A DNA stretch of 63,700 nt, filler included, from Choristocarpus tenellus KU-1152 (GCA_964200185.2; 10 parts of 10 records of this genome joined end to end with filler, not necessarily neighbours in it), one strand, 5' to 3'. Counted from the first letter of the whole stretch, positions 1-12,160 are shown. The notes: a model not told the origin generated them from the sequence alone. A program made the numbers and translations.

Positions 1-796
1 GCGGTGAAATTTGTTCCATTTGTAAGAGCCAATCATTGGACCATACTCACTCTGACGCAACAAACAGTTTTATGGTGTGCGAATTCAGTATTGTGATGGC
101 AACCTACATATTCTGGCGACAAACTCAAACACAGAAGATCACTCTTCTCAGACCCTATCAATTTTTTGGCCAATTGCAATTGAATGCACTTATGATTAAC
201 TAATTGTGGAATTTTTCTATTGTGGTGAGGATGGGTATGACTTGCCACCTCTTGGAAACAGTGAAGACCTACTTGGAGAGCAAGTTTCGTGGTTCAATGG
301 TGGTACCCTTGACTATATATTGAATCGTATATGTGTAGTACAGGAGCTTACTGTTTCTCTCTATCAAGTGGAAAGTCAAGATAGTGTCAGAAATTACTGA
401 TGTAAAGTGACAGTGTCACTTCAATATATTATAGGGCTCACTATGAAGTCGAGGGTAACTGTTGGTGTGTCTACACCATTAGAATACCCTGGGAGTATGT
501 CTTACTCAGTCCCATTGGTTCAGTGAAGATTATAGTTCTTACTAAGTAACCATTAGCATGTTGTGAGGATTTAGGTGACACTTCAAAGGGTTTGAAGCAA
601 CGAGCAGGTGGGCTTGTTGTTGTTCACAAGAGCTGAAAGGTATGTATTAGTAGTAGTAATCAGCTACCCATCAGCTAGTGTATGAGTTGTCCCGACAAAC
701 CACACAATGACAGGTTAATGGAACCCATTATCATCCTCATACAATTGCCCAATCTTCCCATGGATCAATCCACGACCCAACTTTGTCTGCTCTTAG

Positions 797-2584
797 GGGG
801 ATACTGTGAAGGTCGCTGACTTTGGTCTTGCCAGAGAAATTCGTTCACGTCCCCCGTACACTGACTATGTTTCAACACGCTGGTACCGAGCCCCTGAGGT
901 CCTCCTTCGATCTACACACTACAACTCTCCTATTGATACATGGGCCTGTGGCTGCATCATGGCAGAACTCTTCACACTTAGACCTCTCTTCCCAGGCTCC
1001 AGTGAGGCAGACGAAATATACAAGATATGCTCAGTGCTTGGCTCACCTACCATGGAGAATTGGGCAGAAGGGCTCAAGTTGGCTGCCCACATGAGTTTCC
1101 AATACCCCCAGTTCATTCCAACACCAATATCACAAATTGTGCCCAATGCCAGCCCAGAAGCAGTGGCTCTCATGACAGATTTGATGCACTACGATCCTAA
1201 CACGAGACCAACTGCCAGTCAGTCCCTCCAGTATAGCTTTTTCCAGGTCAATGCCACCCTCGCCCCTGCCCCTGCTGCTGCCACAGTCCAGCCTAAGGGG
1301 CAGGAGAGCAACAGAGTCAGCTCAGGGATGGTGGGTGGGGGGGTGGCTGTTGGAGGAGGAAATCGAAAGGATAGTGGTGTGCTGTCATCTTTGGCAGCGG
1401 TGAGATCAGAGTTTTTAGCAGCCAAGACAAATGCATAGTTGCTCACAGGAGATTTTTCCTGGTAGCTTTAAGGGTGTTTAGGTAATGGAGTGTGATTCGT
1501 GCATCAATGTTGGGCTCATTGTGCACAGATAGGGAACAGGACTGAAGAATCCACCTCAAAATGTGCCTTTGTTCGACTCTCAGACTGTTTGGGCTGCTTT
1601 GTTATTAGTCAAGCTAAATTGATAACACATAATAACACAATACAAACTATATGCATATTATAATGTCAGCCTGGACTTCACTGTTTGTCTGGTACTATCT
1701 CATGCTTCAAAGTAGTAATAGAGAGTTATTGTCAAGGAGCAGAACGCTCAAATATTGTCAGCAGGCCTCAACCTGTAGCAGTGTACACGAACAAATGATG
1801 TTTTCAAGCTAGTTAAACCCCTTCACTTTTACCTTGCATATCGCCCAAGAGATATTTTCTCCGCCCCACATAGTACGATCCACAAACGCTAGTTGTCTTT
1901 TTTGCCTCTCCTTGACCTTGTAAAAACCAGACTGGGGGAGCCACGGTGTATGGGAGAAAACCCTCACTAGGTGATCCCTTGGGTATTGGGTCATCAGGGA
2001 TGGGATCTGGGGGGGGGGGGCTGGGCTTGTACAAAGGGGACAGAGCTATTGGGCCAATGGCACAAGGTTTTTCCAAAGCAGGAGGAGGGCTGGGGAGTGG
2101 TGGACCAGGAACAGGATCAAAGTGGTCAGGAGGGGGCAATGGACCCACAGAGCCTCGTAATAGTCGCTACACAAGGATGGCGCGGTATGGGCCAGGATTG
2201 GGGTATGGACAGGGGTCAGGTTCTCATCAGTACAAAGGCCCAAGTCCACATGCCTATCTCCATTCAGGGGCAGCTCAGTTAGGAGCAGCAGGCATGGGAT
2301 TTGGTTCAACCATGAGCAATGGAGTAGCAATGGGAACAGGGGCAGGCTTAGGCACAGTTGAAAGTAGTAACATGGGGTCTGGGGTACTGTCATCCCAGCA
2401 CCAAGGGATGGGAGTTGGGGGAAGGACACCATATTTAGGAGGTGGGGGACAAATAGGGTCAGGTCAGCCTGCGTATGGGTTGGGACGTCAAGACTCCAAA
2501 TCTGATGCTGGAGGGGGAGGTACTGGGGGGTTTGGCAGCTTTGGAGGAACTGGGGTAGGCTTTGGACGGCACAAGTATGGTTAA
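797..2584 (+). CDS. MAK: MAK/ICK (RCK family, CMGC) Ser/Thr kinase, 3' part; exons 797-1399 and 1931-2584
   Basis: Translation contains [36 protein letters not shown], the TDY activation loop typical of MAK/ICK. Acceptor TTAG ends at 796, donor GTGAGA at 1400, acceptor CCAG ends at 1930; both junctions are phase 0. The Gly-rich tail has [11 protein letters not shown] and ends GRHKYG*, resembling MAK/ICK C-terminal motifs. N-lobe exons were not found in the window. Confidence 0.9.
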
Positions 2585-3218
2585 TACAATGTTCTGTGTA
2601 CAGACAGTGAGGTGCTCTAGTGAACGGGCTGGTATGAGAAAGTGAGAAAAATGCAGGCATAGGGGAATGATAAGACGGGGTGAATTTGAGAGCTTTATCG
2701 AAAGCTGGATATGTCAGTCGTCAATTGTCCTTAGACTAGAGTCACATCCTTGAGGGTCTGTTCCCTTTTCCAATTCCTTAATCTCCCTCTTGTTGGAGAG
2801 GGACAGGAAATTGACAACAATTTCTATAGCTGGAATAAGGAATGTAACTAATTGTACCAACGCAGTCAACACCACAACAGCTGGTGCCACTGTCATACAA
2901 GCAGTGCAAGCTTGGATATAAAGAGCTTGGTTGGATGCACTTGCAACGCTAAGTCTTTGTGTGGAGTCAACGCTCTGTATTCAACTGACTAGAGGGGGGG
3001 GAGTAGGCAAGTAGCTATTCACCTATCTCATTTATGGAAAGCAGAAATATGCTCTCTTGTGCTTTCACTACAATAACATGTTGAGTCTTCTCTGTAGTTG
3101 TCAGAGTAGGAGATACTACTCTGTACATTGACTATTTTAATTTCCCTTGCCTTGTTCTGGGCTCAACATTATTTATTACTGCAAAGGACTCTATTCTACC
3201 CCGTGAATAATTCAGTCT

Positions 3219-3403
3219 GGCTCAAAGTATCTGGGAGGGGGGGTAGAGGCGGGGTCTGCACCAGGGTGTTCATTCGGGCTCTGATCAGGAAAGTGCAGTT
3301 ATATTATTCGTCCGTCACATGTAACGAAATCACCCAAAAATCGCGGCATGAAAAAATGGCCCCAAATGGACAGCCACCACCCCCCCCCCAGAAACTTTGA
3401 GCC
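3219..3403 (+). mobile_element. MITE family A copy (~185 bp)
   Basis: TIRs GGCTCAAAGTATCTGGG ... CCCAGAAACTTTGAGCC. Flanks TCT|...|TCT. The body is homologous to the copies at 21892, 28001, 43068 and 60381. Confidence 0.85.
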
Positions 3404-4364
3404 TCTCCTAACAACAACCAGAACTGCTACCAAAACAACTCAATGCCTTCTCACAAGGTGGTTCTGCCAGCTGCTCCTTCGTTCTATGTTTCCTACATTG
3501 TCTGAAAAAGTTTCCCATTAACCACTGCATGTCAACAATTGTAGCACCCGTATATGTTTTGCCACACTTTTTCAACGGACAAGCGATTGATGGTTTTCAG
3601 TTTGAAGGCAATCAGGCACGTAAGCAAGCACAGATTTAGTGTTTGAGTCTACTACCATCATGAGGAAGGTAACACCCTCTGGGAGAAACGTATATATTTT
3701 GCTGATACGGTTTAGAACCTGAGCCAAACGCATGAAATTAGTTCACCCAAACCATGATAAGTCTCCCTTGCAGTGACAATTTGGGTGTACCGAAGTTGAG
3801 AGTTTCACAGGTAGTTGGGAGTACGAGGAATGTACATCCATACAGGCTCTCTATGTCTGAAGGTGCATCTAGGCAACCTCAGATCACAGTAGAAGTATTG
3901 CAGGGAGTAGCTTGCTATTTAATACATGGCCACCAAGACCTGTCGTCTCTAGGTAGCCTTTTAACCAACACAAATTATTACTTCACTTGTTTGTCACAAG
4001 AAATGAATGATACACTTACCCTCTACAAAGGAACATTTGAAGATTCCGAACTTAATGAGGAAAACACGCTAGCCATAAGGAATAGAGTTCAGGCATCAAA
4101 CAAATACATAGCACCCATACAGTGGATATAGTATCAACGGTGATAAGCAAGACTTGCTCCTTGAGATGTGCTGCTAGAAGAAGTAACTAGTAGCATACAC
4201 CTTGAAGTCTCAGTGACATTGTTTCCCTTGTGAATGGATATCGAGGGGATGGTTGAAGTGCTTACTGCAGTAGGTGAACTATGAACCACTTTGTGACATG
4301 CAGCAACTTGCATGTTGCTGTCGTCAAGAGACAAAAATAGTACTTGGATACCGAGAGGGCAGGA

Positions 4365-4574
4365 CTGTTACAGGCGAATAGCGCGAGCATTTTTCTCCTT
4401 ATGTGTTAGGAAATACGAACATTTGTAACAGACATAGAGTGTGAAGATTGTTCCTCGAGTTCTGACAAGTGCGAACTATATACGATATTAGTAACAGATA
4501 GGTTAACCTTATAGAATAAGTGATTATTTTAAGGAGATGCAGAGTAAGATTCGGAATACCTACGTAACATTACA
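4365..4574 (+). mobile_element. Repeat terminus at contig end, probably the start of an LTR (TGTTACAGGCGAATAGCG...)
   Basis: About 110 bp (4365-4476) is a diverged reverse complement of 59477-59586. It begins TGTTA like many LTRs. Both copies run into contig breaks. Confidence 0.5.
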
Positions 4575-4674
4575 NNNNNNNNNNNNNNNNNNNNNNNNNN
4601 NNNNNNNNNNNNNNNNNNTTAATTAATTAANNNNNNNNNNNNNNNNNNNNNNNNNNNNNNNNNNNNNNNNNNNN
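4575..4674. other. Artificial contig linker; identical linkers at 11040-11139, 27773-27872, 30849-30948, 38887-38986, 48790-48889, 51830-51929, 56120-56219, 59377-59476
   Basis: Each is 44 N + TTAATTAATTAA (stops in all six frames) + 44 N. There are also 10-N scaffold gaps at 22813-22822 and 36044-36053. Confidence 0.99.
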
Positions 4675-6350
4675 GCGATTAAGTAAATTGCAATCAGTAT
4701 CATTGCCTCCGACTCTCACAGCACAATTCTTAAACTGACACAAGTCGGTGACGCCTGGTTCAGAGATCTACGTGAGCCAAGTATGAACTACAAACCTGGT
4801 GGTGGTACTCAAGTTAGGCTTTACTCGATCGAGGTTAACACAGGGTGAAGAAATGCTTGATGCTCAGCGAGGTGGTGGCGAGTACGCAACATGGACCATT
4901 GATCATGCGATACAAATCAGCATAATACCTCGTACCATCAAGTATTCAATAAAGAACAAGCAACCCATATTGCAAGGTAGATAAGGGGTGAGTGTCGACC
5001 AACCTATTATTGCTGTATATTTGCCCCGACTGGATATCACAACAGCGAAATAAGAGTCGATGCTGACAATTTTCGGTAATAATAGTGGTAGAGTGATTGG
5101 TACTCTTTGAACAACACAGCATTGAGATGAAGCAAGCTACGTTGCGAGGGTTGATGTAGGTAGGGATGGGTCCAGTTATTTTTGTACCTTCACTGTGTCG
5201 AACCATTTCTACAGCAACAAATGTTGATAGGGACAAGTATGTTAGGTTTGAGAGAGGTGAGGTAGAGGAAGAAGCATCATTAACCACCAGTCCACACTGA
5301 TTACTCCACGCAGCATGGCAAAATACGAAAGTCGTGTAAAGTGTGAGTTGGAGAAATAAATGGAGCACACACACCTAATTTCACACTAACAGGGTCAAGG
5401 AATAAGATCAAATCTTATCGCCGTACCTGGATGGATTCGCCTTCCTCGACATTGAAGATTTCACCTGTAGCTCCAAGGAGGCCGGTAAGGACAGTGAGAG
5501 CCGTGATGAATCCCATAGCCCTTACCCCCCCTTACCAAACAAGTCACTCGTAAAATACGACAATGTCTTTTTTGTAAGGTTTCTTTTTAATACAATAACG
5601 TGACCAATGGGTGAATTGTGTTCGACTTGATTGACTTGTACTACTATCAAATAGGAACAAACATAGTAGAATATATATGTACATATATTAATGAAATATG
5701 GAGTAGAAAAACGTTTGTCCTCGTTATAGTTCAAGTTGATGTCAATATGAGAACAATATACTACACAATGTGTTTCAATAGATGATATTTGGGATATATT
5801 TTCATAGATCCAAGAATTCATCACAATATATATCTGTAGAGACAAATTCATAAACAAAAATCATTCCCCTACATAAAGCTTTGTCATATTTTCGTGTTGT
5901 ATGGCATCTTGATGTATTATAATATATGCTACAAGTTAAGAGCAGAGTGTTGAATAATACAGGAACTTTCCGCAGAACCTACGAAACCAAAAGAGTGATA
6001 AATATAAAAAGGTTGTACAAGATCTACTAAATCAGATATATTATAATTTTTGTTATCACATAAATCTCAGAAACCCCAGAAGAGTCAGTGGTCGAAAAAG
6101 GTTGTCCAAACAAATATACACACACACCTTCTGAAAAGGGAACAAGGACCATGAACGACAAAACAAACCGATGGAAGAAAAAGAAAAAAAGAAAAAGAGA
6201 AGAATAGAATAAACAATATGGGGTTATGAAATTGTCGGTTCTTCCTCCTTCCCTTGGGAATATTTTCTTCCAATTCTCTATCTCTTATTCGCCATTCAAA
6301 GACTACCTACCCCCTTACTCAGAACATCTTCCACCATGGAAAATACACCG

Positions 6351-6780
6351 AATCAATTTTTTGATTGGACCATCATGACAGGACAAAGAAAAACGTTGGA
6401 GAAGAAAAAGTGCATGTTATGGAATAAACACTATATATCTCGTTTCGAGAGTTAAAACAGCTCGTTTTATTTTTAAGACAAAGTGCAGACACCTGTGGGA
6501 AGGGGGCATTCATTCTGGGTCCAGAAGTATATGCACTAAAAAAGGTGTTCCCCAAGGAAATTACGCTGAATGGAACCGTACCAATTATTTTTTGATTGGA
6601 CCATCATAAACGGACATAGAAAAACGTTTAAGACAAGAAAGTGTGTGATATGGAACAAATACTACTTTTATCTCGTTTCGAAAATTAAAACAGCTTATAA
6701 TATGTTTGAGACAAAGGGTAGGCACCTATGGGAAGGGGACATTCATTCTCAGTCCAGAAGTATATGAACTAAAAGTTGTT
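6351..6780. repeat. Diverged tandem duplication, two ~200-bp units with ~230-bp period
   Basis: TTTTTTGATTGGACCATCAT ... TATCTCGTTTCGA..TTAAAACAGCT ... GTCCAGAAGTATATG occurs twice in the same order (6357-6535 and 6589-6766). Confidence 0.85.
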
Positions 6781-6979
6781 CTGACATGATTTTGTGATAT
6801 CTGACAAGGACACATGATGAACACTCCCCCAATGTCCTACTAATAGCGCAGTTTGTGAACCTTCAAACCCTCAGTATCACCATCAGTGTTATCTTAAGAA
6901 CGTTTTCGATCTACAATCATTACAAATTTTCATCACCTTTAGTCTCATTATTATTATATTTTGATGATTCCATAGCATT

Positions 6980-8720
6980 ATTAGTCTAAAATATCCCACA
7001 ACCATGTTCCAAAATGGTAATTGAAAGCAAAAGAAAGAAGGCGATAATACGCACTTCTTCAGGAAAGGCAACAAGCTATCCTACATCACCCCCTCGCTCC
7101 ATCCATGTTACTTACATGACAAAGGAGGCCACCCCACCTATCTGTTATGATCTGACTCCAGTATATTACTGGAGAGTTCAAACGACAACTTGGAAGTAGA
7201 GCTTTGATATTCGTCTTTGTTTTATCCTAGTATAAACGCACAGCTACTTGCATTTGTGAACTGCCCATTTCTATTTCTGTTTTTCAACCTCGGCAACAAG
7301 AAAACAAATCAGTCAAAGCAAAGCAAAGAAGGAAAGAAAAAAAGAGAAGAATAACAACAGAAGTCCCATGAGAAAAACACCCTCATCACCCAAAATCAAT
7401 AAAGGGGAAGAATAAAGAAAAATGGATGAAGGATACAAGAGAATCAGCCGTGAAGAAAACAGCAATTCAGCATACGGTGATTGTGGTAGTTTTTGGTGGC
7501 TTAGGCAACCATAGTTGCTGCTTTGGTGTTCCGTAAGTTAATACCATTCAGCCGTGAATTTTGTTCTGCCGTCAACCACACAATCATACCACTCCTGTTG
7601 GTGAGTGTCCTAAACCCTCGAACCCTCAACTCCAATCTCAAACTTGTTATGGTTATCTTGGAGCTATGTCTACCAGCTCTTCTCCTATCAACGTTGCTTC
7701 CATTTTGAACTGCAATCTCCCCAGACATCAACATATTGGAATGTTCATTCTCTGTGCAAGCAACTGACTCAGCAAATAGAAGCCCCCACTTGTGCACCTT
7801 TGCCTCAATACTGTCACACACGATCTTCATAAGAGCATCTTTGTAAGATAGGATATGGTCAATGCGTTCACGTTTGCAAAAACCTATGCTATGGAGAAGT
7901 TATGGTAATGGTAGCAGTGCTCCAGTTAATGAGACTGGGGGAGTGTCCACGCCATACAGCCTGTAACGGAACTCCAAGTGCTTCTTCTTGAGCATTCAAA
8001 TCTTACGCTCAAGCGAGAGACCTGAGGTCCTGTCATAGAGCACTTGGTTGACTGCATTGGCAAAAAACAACTCCAAGCTTTTCTGAATCCTCCAACTGAT
8101 CTCAGTAGCGTCATCATCAGTGATTGTTCTTCTCAAGCCTCGAGCTTATCATCCACTACTTCTACTCTACCTAACCTGTTGACACGTGGTCAGATGGCAG
8201 CATTTATTCTTTTACCCTATGCTACCCAAAGAAATACCTGTCAACTAATTCCACTCCCCGTCCAGGCCACTTTGAGGGTTCAAACGTCGAACCGCCCCTC
8301 CTCCCTCGAATGTAGTGCATACGCTGTTTAAGTATCCCCAGACTCATGTACGGATAGGAGTGAAAATTAAAGGGATAATGTCAAATGTTGTAGAGGAGCG
8401 GTTATTTCAAGCAGAGGGGGCGACTATACAACCTTAAAGCACCATGGTCAATACAGCTATTTCCTGTCCATCCGTTCATATACAAGGTACAAATATGGGT
8501 TTACCAACTTGTAACTCTTGTACACTTACTCTACATGTATAGTACTAGTTATCTCCGATACAGTTGGGAGAGTCTCTTCGAACATTCTCCTTTCCATCGG
8601 AACGAATATTTGCCATCACAATCCAGATCTCTACACACGTCCCATTTTAGTGGTTTAGCCCAACATACTAAGGCACAGTTGTACGTTCTAGTGTTGTGGA
8701 TTCAAACAAACTGTTAATAT
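6980..8720 (+). pseudogene. Highly degraded Ty1/Copia gag-pol remnant
   Basis: Scattered, stop-ridden peptides lie in Copia order: gag-like KQKKEGDN (~7025), knuckle-like CRQPHNH...ECP (~7570), protease-region GNGSSAPVNETG (~7905), integrase-like HFSGLAQHTKAQL (~8645). Similarity is weak. Confidence 0.35.
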
Positions 8721-9163
8721 ATATATATATTGGCTGTAAAAATTTCAATGAACTCGATGATAATTGAACAGTGCACTTCGTGAGAAAAAAGGCCACCCAA
8801 TTGGTGAGGGACGGAGATCATTTTTATTTATTATTTTCCATGCTCTTTTCCCCAACTGCTATTTGGAGTTTGATGTGATGTCTGAGAGGCATTTACGTGT
8901 GTTTTTGCAGACGAAGAAGGGACTGATAAATTGTCAAGTTGACATCATGGAATGAGATTTTTGTACTCGGCATTTGTTGCATATACACAACTCTTCAAGA
9001 AGATAACAAAATCAATATACCAAATGTGTAAGTCCGTTGATTTAGAGAACGTCCGACCTCTCCAGCACAACATGTCTGTCGAGGCATCTATCTGATTGGC
9101 AAAGTAGAGGTTGAGTCACGAACAGGTATTGGCCTAGGTTGCTCCTCAAAGCTGTGTCTCTCG

Positions 9164-10042
9164 TCAGTGTGGGGGTAGAGTGGGTCTTGTCCAGAACCCG
9201 GCACATGTAGGAGCGTCTTGCTCTATACTGTATCGTTCCACAAGAAGCTGGATATTTCGCAATTCACCATTCTCCCATTTAACCTCATAGGGGTAGCTGA
9301 CTCGCTCATCTCCAACCTTCACCGTGTAGTGGGGCTGGTACTTGGTCACGGTTCCTCACATCCACTGATCGTCCCATCTGAAGTATAGTCCCCTGCCCTT
9401 GGCACCGACATTGAGTGTTTCTCCCTCATCTAAATCCGACACAGCCTTCAGTGTCGGTTCAAGGAGAATATGTTTCTCAGTATCTCTCTCCATGTCAATA
9501 CAATTCCGCTGGCGGTCAGTCATCGACCGGCGGTGTTGTCTGACACGTCGAGCTGTAGTCTCGACACTGTCCCTGTTGTTCTTCTCCCGAAGTTGGCCGA
9601 CACCCTCCTCTATCTCGTCGTCTGTCATGTACGACCTGAGATGAGGAGGCAAAGATTTTTTGCCATCGTCCGAAAGGTAGGACACTGAGTAAATGTACGC
9701 CCCTGAACCGTCCACATGAACGTCGCTGATCTTCCCCTGTATGATAGACCTCCCACTCAAGCTTGGGATGAAGCTGGTTCCTCGACCGAACCTAGCGTCG
9801 GATGTGTCCCCAAGTCTGAGTTGCCTTGAGAAGTGAGCAGGTATCCCGCCGAGGGATTGCCGGTTGGATACTGAGGCGAACCTCTGGTATTGACCAGGCA
9901 GGATCGTGAATGCATTGTCCAGGTGGCTGTGGTCGATGTCTGTGAAGTCTGGGATGATGATAGCCCGAAGGGGCACAACGCGGGGACCCGGTTGTGCGTC
10001 CTGTATCACCACAAAGATGTTCGTTGCACGGGCTGTGTTGGC
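9164..10042 (-). pseudogene. Intronless, probably TE-derived ORF with a C-terminal Tudor/SH3-like module, one in-frame TGA, 5' end interrupted by MITE-B ends
   Basis: ORFs 9356-10123 and 9164-9349 share a frame and are separated only by TGA(9358-9356)-GGA-ACC. The joined C-terminus reads GRGLYFRWDDQWM*GTVTKY...PYEVKWENGE, matching the Tudor-like W-x-x-G-x-V...Y-x-V-x-W-E-x-G pattern. The first ~27 codons of the listed ORF are MITE sequence. Confidence 0.5.
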
Positions 10043-10250
10043 GAGCCAAAGTATCCTAGAGGGTAGAGCCGCGTCCATTTGGGGGCCAAAATCCAATGTT
10101 GCGATTTTAATGTAATTAGCCAAAGTACCTTAGACGGTAGGGTCGCGTCCATTTGGTGGCCGAAAACCAATTTTGTTATTTTGAGCCAAAGAATCTTAGA
10201 GGGTAGAGCCGCGTCCATTTGGAGGTCAAAATGCAATGTTGCGATTGTGC
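10043..10250 (+). mobile_element. Three stacked GAGCC-ends of MITE family B (starts 10043, 10118, 10183)
   Basis: Each unit reads (G)AGCCAAAGTATCTTAGAGGGTAGAGCCGCGTCCATTTGG.GGCCAAAATCCAATGTTG with its own substitutions. The units match the end of the full copies at 33848 and (reverse) 21593. Confidence 0.85.
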
Positions 10251-10496
10251 AAATTACCTTGGGAGGTAATACTATTTGTCAGTAGTGAAGACAAGAATGT
10301 GTGAAGCCTCACATGACCCCTTTCGCTGAACGTGAAAAGAATGGATGGTTGAAATTAGAAGAGTGACCTATGTGGCACACTTCCTTACGAAAAATGGAAT
10401 TAAAAGACATCAGATTGGTTCAATTTCGCACCTATCGCATTTATCTTGTTAACGCATTAAAGAACGCAGGTTACTTCAAGTTTAACACGACATTCA

Positions 10497-11039
10497 TCAA
10501 GTCAACACAGTCTCTACAAAGTCTTCTACCTGCTTCTTGCGTAATCTTTTGGTCCAGATGTCTGCAAGTTGGAGTGCCGTGGGAATATATTTTACCGTAA
10601 AAACTCCTTTGCTAACATACTCCCTGGTGCATTTCAGCTTGATGTCGACATGCCTCGTCCGTCCTTTGAAACCTTCGGTTATCGCTGCTTGTATCGCTCC
10701 TCGATTGTCTCCATACCAAACCGTGACCCCTTTGAGTGTGTCCAGCTCCCCCAGGATGCCTCTGAGGAATATTGCATGCCTCATTCCATGCACCATCGCT
10801 GTCCATTCCGCCTCTAATGAAGATGTGGTTACAGCTCCCTGCATCTTGGATTTCCATGCTACAGGTGCTCCATTGATGAGTATTAGATACCCTGTCACGC
10901 TCCGCCTTGATGCAGTGTCATTGCCCCAGTCTGAGTCTCCATACCCGACCAGGCCCCCATTGTCCATTTCACCACCAGCAGGATAGTGTATCCCTACCTT
11001 CGTGGTGCCCGATAGGTATCGTAGAACATGTTGCAGCCC
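10497..11039 (-). mobile_element. Ty1/Copia pol C-terminus (RNase H), truncated by contig end
   Basis: LVGYGDSDWGNDTASRRSVTGY...VAWKSKMQ..VTTSSLEAEW...GDNRGAI...RTRHVDIK...QLADIWTK contains all canonical Copia RNase H motifs in an open frame. Confidence 0.95.
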
Positions 11040-11567
11040 NNNNNNNNNNNNNNNNNNNNNNNNNNNNNNNNNNNNNNNNNNNNTTAATTAATTAANNNNN
11101 NNNNNNNNNNNNNNNNNNNNNNNNNNNNNNNNNNNNNNNGAGGGGGGGGCGTGTATGTTCTGCTCATGTATGCTCTTGATTTGTGCGTAATTTGAAGTAG
11201 ATATTTTTGTTATGGAAGTATGGACTTACGTTAGTTAAGTTAATACTAGAGATATGTGTAATAGTCGTAGAGGTCTATAATAAAATAATATATAATAAAA
11301 ATAATAGTAGAGATGTTACATTGGAAGAGCAGAGACATGTTTTTTTTATTAGTAGGCTGTACTACGCCATGCACTACATCAAGAAGTTGAGACCTATACT
11401 ATGATAGTAGAGATGTTAAACATAACGGTAGAGACTTTCGTGGTATCAACAGTATACTATAATCATAGTGTGCACAAATATCAATAGTAGAGACCTCAAT
11501 TATACTAGTAGTAGAGACCCAAATTAAAATCAGAGCCCTACAAAGTAGTTACGACCACAGTTCATTC

Positions 11568-11975
11568 ATAGTCACAGTACAGCTACGGTATAGTCACAGC
11601 ACAGTTACAGTATAGTCACAGTACAGTTACAGTATAGTCACAGCACAGTTACAGTATAGTCACAGCACAGTTACAGTATAGTCACAGTACAGTTACAGTA
11701 TAGTCACAGCACAGTTACAGTATAGTCACAGCACAGTTACAGTATAGTCACAGCACAGTTACAGTATAGTCACAGCACAGTTACAGTATAGTCACAGCAC
11801 AGTTACGGTATAGTCACAGCACAGTTACAGTATAGTCACAGTACAGTTACAGTATAGTCACAGCACAGTTACAGTATAGTCACAGCACAGTTACAGTATA
11901 GTCACAGCACAGTTACGGTATAGTCACAGCACAGTTACAGTATAGTTACAACACAGTACAGTTACAGTACAGTTA
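11568..11975. repeat. 22-bp minisatellite (TATAGTCACAGCACAGTTACAG)~17
   Basis: Near-perfect tandem units that decay into ACAGTT/ACAGT repeats at ~11945-11975. Confidence 0.97.
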
Positions 11976-12160
11976 CCGTTGGGGATTATGTCCATGGCTG
12001 ACCCAATCCGCAACCCTACCATCGTGAATCTAGAACCGACCAATGGCAAACCATCGTAATAGTTCCGTAACGGTACCGTGGCAATCGTGGGTGCCATTCA
12101 CCCTATCGTACCCTGTTGTCCAGGTAGCATTGTACTACAATGACCGAACTGTCCAGTTCT
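11960..12160 (-). mobile_element. SINE/LINE-like 3' end with GTAACT-type tail, copy 1
   Basis: The reverse complement aligns by eye to 32803-33085 (AAGAACTGGACAGT..GGTCATTG ... AGGGTAC..TAGG.TGAAT ... ATGGTAGGGTT ... CCATGGACAT ... GTAACTGTA). Confidence 0.55.

Noticed and set aside
3500-4360. Possible pogo/Tc1 transposase remnant on the minus strand
   Set aside because: Only vague peptide resemblance (VLLITVD); not supportable without a profile search.
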